Shown in pieces: positions 25,558-35,900 of a DNA stretch of 46,974 nucleotides. A model generated the notes under the pieces. That model worked only from the letters and a program-made list of their open reading frames with translations, searched no databases and was not told where the DNA came from. This stretch comes from a virus (lineage: Duplodnaviria > Caudoviricetes). The stretch covers positions 1-46,974 of the IMG/VR virus record IMGVR_UViG_3300038679_000353; one strand, written 5' to 3'. Both the position numbers and the translations under genes were made by a program. Positions within the stretch are counted from its first letter, which is position 1. Every line of letters starts with the position of its first letter.

Positions 25558-26559
25558 ATGGCTCTAGAGATTTCCCAGGCGAATGCGGTAAGCCGCCAGT
25601 ACTTCGAAAAGGCGCTTCTCAACATCGCATATGACAATTGCCCCTTCTACAAGAAATTGAAGAAGGGGAACCAGGTAAAGGTGAAAGGCGGTACCCACAT
25701 CCAGTGGCCTATCCGCTATACCGCCATGTCCGGCAACGGCGCTGTAAAAGGTGTTGATCCTGCCGCCCCAGTGACCTACGGCGTGGGGGACAGCCGTACC
25801 GCCGCCAAGTCCGCGTGGAAATACTACTTCGGTTCCACGCAGATAAACTGGCAGGAGCGTGTAGAAAACGTAGGTGAAGCGCAGATCGTATCGCTCCTTA
25901 AGGACAAGTACGTGGAGCTTCAGGAGGACTATGAGGACAAGATGGCGAAGGACCTCTATTCTACCGCGGTCTACGATGAAAGCTGCCTGGACATGATTTC
26001 GCCCCTTACCTTCCTGGTCTCAGGCCAGAAGTACGCAGGGATCGACGCTGCCGATGCGCCCAACTGGCGCTCCAAAGTCTATCCAGGAACTGATTGGACT
26101 GTGCTCGACCTGTACTCCGATGATGCCCTTAAGGGCAAGAAGTCGCTGTACAAGGCCATAGTCGCATCTACCTTCGGCGGGAAGAAGCCAAAGTTCCTCC
26201 TTACCACTGAGGATGTCCTTGCCACCTTGAAGGAAAAAATCTGGCTCGCCACGAAATATGAGGGAACAAGCGACAAGGAAACCGCCGACATGGGTTTCAC
26301 CAATGTGACCTTCGAAGGCACGACCATCCTTGCCGATCCCTTCTGCCCCCCTGGGTATCTCTTTGGCCTCGACATGAACGCCTTCGAGTTCCAGATTCAC
26401 CCGGATTTCAACTTCAAGACAGACGATTGGGAGCCTTTGGAAAACTACCCCAACAACCTCGTGAAGAAGATGTCCTTCTCTGGAAACACGGTGATGAAGT
26501 ACCGACACACGAGCTTCGTGTTCAACGGGCTATCGGGAATAGAAAAGGAGGCAGCGTAA
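25558..26559 (+). CDS. Major capsid protein (HK97 fold)
   Basis: 333 aa, strong RBS, GGTHIQWPIRY...WKYY...EN.GEAQIVSLL...MGFTNVTFEG...DPFCP pattern; position after scaffold. Confidence 0.85.
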   Translation: MALEISQANAVSRQYFEKALLNIAYDNCPFYKKLKKGNQVKVKGGTHIQWPIRYTAMSGNGAVKGVDPAAPVTYGVGDSRTAAKSAWKYYFGSTQINWQERVENVGEAQIVSLLKDKYVELQEDYEDKMAKDLYSTAVYDESCLDMISPLTFLVSGQKYAGIDAADAPNWRSKVYPGTDWTVLDLYSDDALKGKKSLYKAIVASTFGGKKPKFLLTTEDVLATLKEKIWLATKYEGTSDKETADMGFTNVTFEGTTILADPFCPPGYLFGLDMNAFEFQIHPDFNFKTDDWEPLENYPNNLVKKMSFSGNTVMKYRHTSFVFNGLSGIEKEAA

Positions 26560-26563
26560 TCCA

Positions 26564-26977
26564 ATGACCGGACTCGTTCGCAATGGTTCATCTCCCTGGT
26601 TCGCACTCTCCTTCGGTGCGGACGGGTCCGTGTTCTTAATGGCAAAAGCGCAGAGCTATATCCCGCAATGCAGCTTCTTCAAAGTCACATTCGGGCATGA
26701 CGGTTTCATCGCTGTCCCCTTCGAGGCTCAGATTGATGAGTTCTATGTCGGATGGGCTCCCCAGGCGATGAGCCACGGAGTGGAAAGAACGGTGCAGGTG
26801 GGCGGCTTCGTGGGTCCAGTCCTTTCTAATAGAAGGGATGGCACATGGCTTAAGGAGGTGAACGGTGCTGTCATCGGAATCGATTCACCATTTCGTCCCG
26901 CAGATTCCTTCGGATATGCAGTCAGCCATGACAAGGCGATGCTTTTCCCGACCATGATCAGAAAGGAGAGACTGTGA
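26564..26977 (+). CDS. Hypothetical virion protein (possible decoration protein)
   Basis: Beta-rich 137 aa directly after the capsid gene. Confidence 0.5.
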   Translation: MTGLVRNGSSPWFALSFGADGSVFLMAKAQSYIPQCSFFKVTFGHDGFIAVPFEAQIDEFYVGWAPQAMSHGVERTVQVGGFVGPVLSNRRDGTWLKEVNGAVIGIDSPFRPADSFGYAVSHDKAMLFPTMIRKERL

Positions 26978-27543
26978 CACTCATGAGTATGATCGAGAAA
27001 GCCAGGCGGCTTTCAAGAACCGGAGCAAGCATCACTGATGATGTAGTCAAGGATTGGCTTAACGAAGCCATGAGGCAATTCGTCATCGATGCAGGAGGCA
27101 TTACGGAAGCAGGAGACACGCTCCTGGTCGGCAATTCCATTATTGTCCCTGTGCATTTCTTCTCACTGCATCACCTCTTTATCGCCCGGAACGAACTTCG
27201 ACGAGGCTCCCTTCACATCCTTGCCGAAGGCGATATAGAAGGAACCCCTTCACTATACTTTCTATCTGGAGGCAAAATTCTTTTCAATAGAAAGGTTGCA
27301 AGCCCTGGGACGATGTGCAAGCTTATCTATGACCGCTTCCCCATAGAGCTTACAGACCCCTCAGATTCGCCAGAACTCCCTGAGAAAGCTCATCTTGCAC
27401 TCGTGTACCTCGCAGCCTCCAAGCTTTCGGAAGAGAACTTTGAATACGACGAGGCGGCACGCGCATTAGCCAATTACCGAAATGAAGTCCAGCGGTACAC
27501 CATCGATCAATCGAACGCCAATCCTTCGATATTCGGGAAATAG
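26974..27543 (+). CDS. Head-to-tail adaptor
   Basis: WLNEAMR, P..L..PSDSPELPEKAHLALVYLAA motif typical of podovirus adaptors. Confidence 0.7.
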   Translation: MTLMSMIEKARRLSRTGASITDDVVKDWLNEAMRQFVIDAGGITEAGDTLLVGNSIIVPVHFFSLHHLFIARNELRRGSLHILAEGDIEGTPSLYFLSGGKILFNRKVASPGTMCKLIYDRFPIELTDPSDSPELPEKAHLALVYLAASKLSEENFEYDEAARALANYRNEVQRYTIDQSNANPSIFGK

Positions 27544-27546
27544 CCA

Positions 27547-29370
27547 GTGCCGGGAACGATTAAAACCTACACCGACTTTTCAGGCGGCTTCCATTCCGAT
27601 ACGCCCTCATCCTTCATGGCTGACTCAGACCTTTCTATGGCCGAGAACTGCTGCTGGAAGGACGGTCTTTCTGTAAGAAAGGGATACACCCTTAAAGCAA
27701 CCTTCGAAGGAGAATCGATCATAGGATTCCTCCGCTCAGGAATTTCTGGAACCATGAGGGATTACATCGTCTCCAAAAGGGATGGAACTGTTATCCTGCA
27801 TATCGAGAACGGCGCGGGATATGTGGATCTCCCCCTTGCCGTGACCTCCCCTTTGGAATCGAAAGTCCGCATGGTCGAGTACGCAAGCCTCATCGTGATA
27901 GCAGGTCGCGGCGGCCATTCACGGGCATCGATCATTCAATACCTGAATAACGAGCATTCCGAAGCCTCTATTGAAGCCCTTGATGTCAGAAAGCGCGAGT
28001 ATTATGACTGGAATGCCGGAAGAGCAGCGAATGGCATCTACACCGATGACACGATAGCCGCCCAATCTGGCTCCTGGGTGCTGGCTCCGGTCTCCGGGCA
28101 AGGCTTTTATATCGCATCTGATCTTGTGTTCAACAGGATCGAGATAGCGGATGTGACAGGAAAGGCGACAGGGGCGATCGTGCGGCATTCATCGGCTACA
28201 GGCTGGAAGACGATCACACCCCGGATACTCACTCTAGGCAACTCGATTGTCATTGAATTTGATCTTGAGTTTGAGGGACCTGGCATAACCTTCACGCCCA
28301 GCATCCTTGAGGAGAAGTTCCAGAATCAGTACGCCGTCGAAGTCTCCCTTCTATTAGAAGGGGAATCCCTTTCTGGCAGTATGGAAGCAATCAGGCATAC
28401 TCAGTATTTGCGGCAGATAACGGGCAACGAAAACCCCACCGATGCGGCAGTCTATCGCTCGATGCTTTGCCTTGCTGCCGGGAACGTGGTCAACTTCTCC
28501 CCTCCTGATGCAATATCCGGTTGGCGCGGCGATGACGTGGAGATATTCGTCGAGGGCGGCAATGGGATACAGAGGATCATCAACTTCAAGGATTCCATGC
28601 TCGTCTTCAAGGAACACGCTCTCTATGGATTCTCGGGCAACTCCCTTAATAGCCCGACTGTAACAAGGATTGCCGACACAGGCACAAGCCAGCCGGATTC
28701 GGTCGTTGCGCTTGAACGTGAGATATTGTTTGTCTCAGGCGATGCAATCATCCTCTATGATGGTTCGACTACCGCAGTCGTCTCAAGACACATAGCCTCT
28801 GAACTTGCAGGAAGGTTTCAGTCAGGAGCTTGCGCCATCACCGATGAGGAGGGCAGGTATTTACTTCTTGGAGACAGCCTAGGTTACCTCATGATTCCAG
28901 CTACCTTGCGGCGCAATGCGGCAGGGGCATTCATCATTTCCACCTTCAAGTACACCAACCATGCATTTTCAGGGCTCGCTGCAAAAAGCGATCTCGGGGA
29001 GACTGTCGGATGGAATGCCGAATCGCTATACACCCTCTTTTCAGGGACGACTGATGATGGAGAGCCAATCGCCTTCGACATGCGCACAAAGGACATGGAT
29101 TTTGGATTTCCAGGAACGCAGAAACGCTTTTTCAGGTTAAAGCCCCTGGGCATGTACCATGACGATGAGGAGCCGGAATTCCTTGTGCAACTCAGAGCCG
29201 ACACGGCACGGACGCATGATTCCTGGATTCCCAAAAGCAAGTTTTCTGGTTTTGTAACCATCCCCTATGACATGGACGGTTTTACGCTCTCTATTCGCCT
29301 TGCTGCCTATGCTTCAAGCCGCGCAGGGGTCCTTGGCTTTGCGCTCGACATGAAAGGAGGAACATTCTAA
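27547..29370 (+). CDS. Tail nozzle / stabilisation protein (P22 gp10 / T7 gp12-like)
   Basis: DFSGG...AEN...RKG N-terminus, beta-propeller-like LVFKE segment, TKDMDFG..G..KRF C-terminus. Confidence 0.7.
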   Translation: MPGTIKTYTDFSGGFHSDTPSSFMADSDLSMAENCCWKDGLSVRKGYTLKATFEGESIIGFLRSGISGTMRDYIVSKRDGTVILHIENGAGYVDLPLAVTSPLESKVRMVEYASLIVIAGRGGHSRASIIQYLNNEHSEASIEALDVRKREYYDWNAGRAANGIYTDDTIAAQSGSWVLAPVSGQGFYIASDLVFNRIEIADVTGKATGAIVRHSSATGWKTITPRILTLGNSIVIEFDLEFEGPGITFTPSILEEKFQNQYAVEVSLLLEGESLSGSMEAIRHTQYLRQITGNENPTDAAVYRSMLCLAAGNVVNFSPPDAISGWRGDDVEIFVEGGNGIQRIINFKDSMLVFKEHALYGFSGNSLNSPTVTRIADTGTSQPDSVVALEREILFVSGDAIILYDGSTTAVVSRHIASELAGRFQSGACAITDEEGRYLLLGDSLGYLMIPATLRRNAAGAFIISTFKYTNHAFSGLAAKSDLGETVGWNAESLYTLFSGTTDDGEPIAFDMRTKDMDFGFPGTQKRFFRLKPLGMYHDDEEPEFLVQLRADTARTHDSWIPKSKFSGFVTIPYDMDGFTLSIRLAAYASSRAGVLGFALDMKGGTF

Positions 29371-30698
29371 TGGCAAAAGTTCGGCGTGATAAAAACGAGT
29401 ATGAAAATCCTCTCGACAGCCTCATCGGGAATACCGACCTTGCATACTCATTGGACTCTGAACTATCAGGAAGCTACGATCCCCTTGCGCCATTTGTCTT
29501 CGATGAAGGAAACGGTACCCATGATTCACGCATGCAAACAGCGGCGAACCAGCGAGCACAAGCCGGAGCTGATGGAGGGTTCAACGATTCCAACTCCGCA
29601 TCGGCACCCCAGAAGAACACACCCGCGACACTTCCAAACGGACAACCCAAGAAGACAACTGCCGAACTTCTTGCCATCGTAAAATCCAATCCAACCTCGC
29701 TAAAGCTTGAGGACATTGATTTTCGCGACCAGGAACAAGTCGATGCCGTGATAGCAGAGCTAAAACAGGCCATGCAAAACGGCTCAGGCGAGATGCGGTA
29801 CGAGACGGTGCTTCCAGGAGATTCTCGGGGACGAGAGCCAGGAATCTACGACAAGACAACAGGGCAGCTCATCCAGAAATACGGGGACACAACAGCCTTA
29901 GAGGAACAGAATGGCGGGATCACAGCGAGACTTGCCGCCCTCACAAACGGACAAAGTACCGATTACAATAGCGCCCTTTCAACGATGCAAGATGCGATGG
30001 GAAAAGTCTCAAAGGGCATAACAGACACGGATACCGAGGCTGGCTATGATCGCCTAGATAGGCTCATGGGCGGTGACTACCAAGGAACGATGGATTCCCT
30101 ATCTGACAGCGTAAATGCTGGCCTGTCCGGCCAGGATGGCCTTTCAGCCGAAGAAAGGGCGCTTTACCAGAGGGCGAATGACAAGACGCTTTCAATGGAG
30201 ACCTCAAGCGCCCAAAGAACCCTCGATAGCGTCAGGGCTTCCACGGGCTCCACGATGGCTTTCCTTGCCTCAGCCGATGAAGTCAGAAGCAAGATTTCCA
30301 ACCTTCGCACTCAGCAGGACGTAGGACTCTTGAATGCCGAGATGGCGAGGAAAGAAAAGAATTATCAGAACAAGGCCGAACAGTATTACGGTCTTCTTGA
30401 GCAAGGGCGAATCAGCATCCAGGAGTATGAGGATGGGCTTAGGGCTGAACGCTACAACGCATTCCAGGCAACCGCTTCGACCTTGACCCAGATTGCTTCT
30501 CGCGACAATGCGGAAATCCAGAATCTTACCCAGCTTGCCGATGTGATCTACGCGCAAATCAACGCACAGAACGTAAAGGATCAAGGGGCGTACCAGGCAT
30601 GGATTGATCGTGCGAATCAGGGCGTTGCGCCAATCAAGAATCTCCTTGATGCCATTCTCACCCAGGACACGCTTGTGACAAGCCAGGAGGCAGCGTAA
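29370..30698 (+). CDS. Putative internal virion (ejection) protein
   Basis: Helical A/Q/S-rich 442 aa after the nozzle gene. Confidence 0.55.
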   Translation: MAKVRRDKNEYENPLDSLIGNTDLAYSLDSELSGSYDPLAPFVFDEGNGTHDSRMQTAANQRAQAGADGGFNDSNSASAPQKNTPATLPNGQPKKTTAELLAIVKSNPTSLKLEDIDFRDQEQVDAVIAELKQAMQNGSGEMRYETVLPGDSRGREPGIYDKTTGQLIQKYGDTTALEEQNGGITARLAALTNGQSTDYNSALSTMQDAMGKVSKGITDTDTEAGYDRLDRLMGGDYQGTMDSLSDSVNAGLSGQDGLSAEERALYQRANDKTLSMETSSAQRTLDSVRASTGSTMAFLASADEVRSKISNLRTQQDVGLLNAEMARKEKNYQNKAEQYYGLLEQGRISIQEYEDGLRAERYNAFQATASTLTQIASRDNAEIQNLTQLADVIYAQINAQNVKDQGAYQAWIDRANQGVAPIKNLLDAILTQDTLVTSQEAA

Positions 30699-30701
30699 TA
30701 C

Positions 30702-30980
30702 ATGTCGCTTTTCAGAAACAGCTTCGCAGACCAGGACAGGTCCAATGACCTTTTCGGCTCACTTGCATCACATGAAGATAGTCTTATCCAGGCAAGGAAG
30801 GATGTAACGGCTCGGAAACAGGCGCACAGCGAAAAGAACAAGACCGCATCTGGAGGCTTCGCATCCGGGGCAGCAGGAACGTTAGGGGCTTTGGGGGGGC
30901 TTGCCTCCATCATTCCAGGGGGACAGGTAATCGGCGCAGGGCTTGGTGTGCTAGGGGCTATAATCGGCCTTTTCAAATGA
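30702..30980 (+). CDS. Small protein with Gly-zipper hydrophobic C-terminus (possible ejection protein)
   Basis: GAAGTLGALGGLASIIPGGQVIGAGLGVLGAIIG. Confidence 0.55.
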   Translation: MSLFRNSFADQDRSNDLFGSLASHEDSLIQARKDVTARKQAHSEKNKTASGGFASGAAGTLGALGGLASIIPGGQVIGAGLGVLGAIIGLFK

Positions 30981-30987
30981 GGTAAGC

Positions 30988-32994
30988 ATGGGACTATTCG
31001 ATTCTAATAATGCATCACTGCAAATGCTCATAGGCGCTCGTCAAAAGAAGAAGGAAGAAAAGCTCCAGGAAGAGGAGCTTGCCATGCAGAAACGGCAAAA
31101 CAGCTTCAATTCCATCATGGGTGCTGTATCAGGAGCCGCCAGTCTTGCGAAAGCAGGATTCGATGTCTACGACACGGTAAAACTCAAGCCCGAAGCCGCG
31201 ATAAAGGAATTTGGCCGTCAGAAAGAAATGGCTGGCATTACACAGAAAAACACTCTTGAGACGGCTGCCAAGGAACATGAATATCGCAGTGCCGAAGCCG
31301 GAGACCAGAGGGTATGGACATCCGATGAAAAGAAGCTGGATAGAGCCATGTCCTGGGGTCAACTCCACTACGCGAACGAAAACCAGGATAACCGTGACTC
31401 GACCGCATTCTTCCGCGACCTCGAAATCATGCGCGAAAAGGGTCGTGTGGATCTTGACTACCTCAAGGCAAAGTACGGCTACGATGACAAGCTCCAGCAG
31501 AACCAAATCGACGCCGCCGCGACAGAGAATGCAGCGAATCGAACACTTGCGGCTTCTGAAGGTACTGCGAACAGGACGCTTCAAACCACGCTTCAGTCAG
31601 GCGAGCAGGCCTTCATGTCCTCGGAAGCGGCTCTTGACCGTGCAATGCAGTGGGGTCAGCTCCACTATACGAATGAAAAGCAGGACAGCCGCGATGCCAT
31701 GAGCTTCTTCCGGGATATTGCGGCAATGCGCGAGAAAGGAATCATTGACCTCGATGTACTGAAAACAAAGTATGGGTATGACAGCCAGCTCCAGCAAAAC
31801 CAGCAGTCATTCCAATCTGGCGAGAACGCCGCAGATCGTACAGCCGCAGCTACTGAAGGGGCGGCGAACCGTACTGCAACGATCTCGGAGCATGCTCTTG
31901 ATCGAACCCACCAGATGAATATGCAGACCAATGAACAGGGCTTTGCAACAGGTGAAAGTGCGCTGGATCGAGCCGCAGCCGCAGCGGAACATGCTGCAAA
32001 CAGGGCTACCTCAGTCTCAGAAGGTGCGCTGGATCGCACTCAGCAAACAACCATGCAAACAAGCGATCAGGCTTTCAAGGCATCACAAGCCGCTTTCGAT
32101 CGAGCCGATGAATGGGGCAAACTGCATTACACGACCGAGATCCAGGATAGCCGTGACGCTTTGAATTTTTCTCGTGATATTGCCTTGATGCGGGAAAAGG
32201 GAGCTATCGACCTTGACTATCTGAAAGAAAATTACGGCTATGACGACGCGCTCCAGAAGAGCCAGCAATCCTTTAACAAAAGCGAAAACGCGCTGGACCG
32301 AACGAACAACATCGATATTTCAAAGATCAATTCCGCAGGAAATGTGACTGAGATCAATGCACAGGCGAGGAATGCAAAGCTCGCAAGTCTCTTGGGTACG
32401 TATCCATCCGCTGAAAAGGCAGCGAATCAAGCGTTCATGGATATGTTCACGCTCTGGGAAACGAGCAATCCCGGTAAGAATCCATCGAAAGAGGATTTGA
32501 CAACGATTGGCTTAAAAGCCGCTGAACGCCTTGGGGGTACTGCCTCATCGTATAAGGCCGAGTTTCCAGAAATTGAATCAATTGTTGCGGCGGCAGCCAT
32601 GATGCTAAAGGGTGATTATACCCTTCCAGCATCAGCGACGGCGACAAAGGCACTTCCTCCTGTAATGGGCAAAGATCAAAACGGAGATCCCATAGATTGG
32701 GGTACCTCGATCCAGGATGCAGCAGTGAACGGAGGAAATCTCAAAATCCCTATGGGTCCCGGCGTGACGGCACTTGCCCCTTCCCCTGCTCCTGCCCCTG
32801 TTCCAACTCAAACTCCTGTTCCTGCTCCAGATGCGGAAGGATGGACAAAAGGTTCAGACGGTCGGCTATTCAGGGATGAAGGCCGCCAAAGGATTTATAA
32901 GGATGCACTTGGAAAGCCTGATGCTCAAGGCTGGTATACGGATTCGACCGGAAAGAAGTTCAAGTACACAAAAACAGGAAAGGTGTATAAATAA
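30988..32994 (+). CDS. Putative internal virion protein with 57-aa and 11-aa repeats
   Basis: Three 57-aa copies (31336-31506, 31633-31803, 32095-32265) separated by E.A.(D/N)R 11-mers; Pro-rich linker; two GW..S.G C-terminal repeats. Confidence 0.65.
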   Translation: MGLFDSNNASLQMLIGARQKKKEEKLQEEELAMQKRQNSFNSIMGAVSGAASLAKAGFDVYDTVKLKPEAAIKEFGRQKEMAGITQKNTLETAAKEHEYRSAEAGDQRVWTSDEKKLDRAMSWGQLHYANENQDNRDSTAFFRDLEIMREKGRVDLDYLKAKYGYDDKLQQNQIDAAATENAANRTLAASEGTANRTLQTTLQSGEQAFMSSEAALDRAMQWGQLHYTNEKQDSRDAMSFFRDIAAMREKGIIDLDVLKTKYGYDSQLQQNQQSFQSGENAADRTAAATEGAANRTATISEHALDRTHQMNMQTNEQGFATGESALDRAAAAAEHAANRATSVSEGALDRTQQTTMQTSDQAFKASQAAFDRADEWGKLHYTTEIQDSRDALNFSRDIALMREKGAIDLDYLKENYGYDDALQKSQQSFNKSENALDRTNNIDISKINSAGNVTEINAQARNAKLASLLGTYPSAEKAANQAFMDMFTLWETSNPGKNPSKEDLTTIGLKAAERLGGTASSYKAEFPEIESIVAAAAMMLKGDYTLPASATATKALPPVMGKDQNGDPIDWGTSIQDAAVNGGNLKIPMGPGVTALAPSPAPAPVPTQTPVPAPDAEGWTKGSDGRLFRDEGRQRIYKDALGKPDAQGWYTDSTGKKFKYTKTGKVYK

Positions 32995-35900
32995 TGACCC
33001 TCGATGAATACAGGCGAAGGCGAAATGGCAGTGCAGGTATTTCGCCTGAAACAAGCGCATACGTCGCATGGTCACGCCAGAAGCGCCAGGAGGACGAGAA
33101 GCGCCACACTCCCCTGGAATGGGCGGTAAACCTCCTGAATGCAGGGAACAATATTACGGCCAATACCACCGAGAATGTCATGCAATCGCTCCAGGGGAGG
33201 AATGTCCCCTTCTCCGAGTATGTACAAGACCTCTTCCAAAGCTTCACGCCGGAAGGAGAGAAAAGCTTCAGGAAGGTGTTCTGGGGCGATGAAGCTGAAA
33301 CCGACTACAGGGGCATGTTTGGACAAGGCGGCATCAAGGGCGGCTCCGGTGGTTTTGGAGGCAAGGCATTCAGATGGGCGACAGGAACCTTAGCCGACAT
33401 TGCCTTGGACCCTGCAAACTATATCAGCTTCGGAGCCACGAATGCAGCAAAAGCTGCGGCTCAAAGCGCTGCGGAACTCAAACTGGTTGCGAGAGCCGCA
33501 AACCCCATTGTCGATACAAAGCTCTTCCGGGAAGGATTCGACAAGGGCTTTCTTGCGAAACTTCAGGATGCAGGAAAATCCTCCGAAGCCCTGGAGTATG
33601 CACAAAAATGGGCGAAAGACGGTACATTCGCCAAAGAATACAATCGTTACTACAAGGAAGCGCTTAGAAAGAGCAAGGATGAACTGAAACGCGACTTTCT
33701 CAAGACCCTCGACAATAAGCCATTCAATCCTCAAGAAGAACTTGTCGCCTCTCGCGTCAAAGGATGGGCTGGCAGCTACGACCAGGCATTGGAAAAGAGG
33801 GTCAATGAGCTTGCAGCGAAAGGCGATTACTCACGCTACAAGGGTGTTAAGGGCGCAAAAAAAGAAAAAGGCCTATCGACGATCATAGGGAATGAGTCGG
33901 AAACCTTACGAAAGGGGCTTCTTGAAAAGACAGAAAGCAAGCGTGCCTTCATAGGCGAGAATACGCACGCGATACAGAAAGCCGCATCCGAGGTGGTAAG
34001 GGCAAAACTGCGAGGAGATACGGATATCCTTGCCTCGGTGAAGAACCCAACGATCCGAAACCTCTTTGCCGGAGACAAGGGGCTTTTATCTCACCTTGAG
34101 AACTCGGATCTCTACTCTAAGGTAAACCTCGCTGAATGGGAAAACCCGCTTCTCAGCCTTGATCATGCCGGGGAATCGGCCTTCAAGCTCTTTCGTAAAG
34201 AACTCAATTCCAAAACCCATGAAGGCTTTAATAACGCTGCCAAGCAATGGGATGCTTTCAAAACCGCTATCGGCAATACGCAGAATGTCCTTGGGAAGAA
34301 AGGATCGACCTACTCGGATGCCTGGTGGTCCCTGATGAATACTTCCATTGTCGGCCGCACTCGCCGCCTTCTTGGATTCTCAAATCCCTATGAGACCATG
34401 CTCAAGGTGAAAGAGCGCGATGCCTCCGAGACGATGGAATACTCCATCCAAAAATCAGTGGGAGATATTCAGGAAAGGCTAAAAGCTTTCTCCGATGATG
34501 ACAAGCTTGATTACGTCTACGTAAAGAGCTTGAAGGAACGCATCGGGCAGAAAGAGAAGTATGCCGGGATGGATTTTGCAACCTTCATCAGGGCGACCTC
34601 CGACAAGGTACAATCTGATACAGGACACGCTATCGAGATCACCGATGAAAGCCTTGATGCCCTGGCAAAGATCGACAAGGAAGTTGGCAGCATCTTTGCA
34701 AATCTCAAGGAATCCGAGGATGTGTGGTCGGCGCTTGGCTACAGCAACGAGATAAGGGAGCTGCCTGATTACCTCACCTTTGTGTCGCAAGGAGGAAAAC
34801 CTGCTCCTGTAGGTCCTGGAACGAAATTAGGGACAGAAGCGCAAAGCTTCACAAAGACAAAGAAGAAAGGGTTGTATCGGTCAATCGCGGAACAGACCTC
34901 AGCCTTGCGGGATATCGTGGACATGCCTGATGAACAGATTGCAGGGCTCTTTTCTGACAACGTGACGAGTACGAACATGAACCTTGATGAAATCCTTGCA
35001 AGCCGCGTCATCCAGCATTACAAGCTTTCAAGGCGCGTTGACATGATCGAGGCGTTCAAGCCCTTCGGGATCAGACTCGATGAGATCACGGTTCCAAGTC
35101 AGCATGTCGATCCATTCTCACGCAGCCACACAAAAGGACAGGGATTCATTGCATTCTCCGATGAATCGGGAGAGGCCTTGAAGGCAGCCAAGAAGGAAGG
35201 CCGCGCCATGCAGGGGAACCTGGCATCAGAAGAGTATGCGGGACTCATGGGATTGGAAAGTGTCGATGACGCCTATTTCGACGGCTACCTTTTCGACCAG
35301 AACGTAGCATCCATTATCGACAGGACAATCAAGTTTTCCTCAAACGATCCTGATGTCCAGGCTCTACAGAATGTCTTTTCTGGCTACACGCACCTTTGGA
35401 AAACAACCGTGACGTCTAACCCTGGCTTCCACCTGCGCAACTTCTACTCGAACATGGCGACGCTCTTCCAGCAGCACGGCCTTGACGCTATTGACGGAGA
35501 GGCGGCAAAGGATGCCGCTATCGCAACCATAGTGAGCTTGAATGGCGTCACCAAGGCAGCCGAACGCCTGGGGATGAGTGAGGAAGTCATCCGATCTGCA
35601 CTCGGGAAAACCTATGGAAGCCACACGTTGGGTGAACTTGCCGAGTATGCGCGAAAGAAAGGCATTATCTCGATGACCTTTGGAGGACGCGATACGAAGG
35701 AAGCGGTTGTGGATCTCCTAGGCACCGGGAACAAGAATGTGCTTGAGGTCATAGGTAAAGCTTCCCGTGATGCAGGTTCGCATATCGAGAGTTTCGCCAA
35801 GATGGATTCTTTTCTTATAGGCGCAAAGAAGATGGCAAAAAATGGTGAACCTATCACGCCTACAATGCTCGAATATGCCAAGAATGAATCCAAGAAATGG

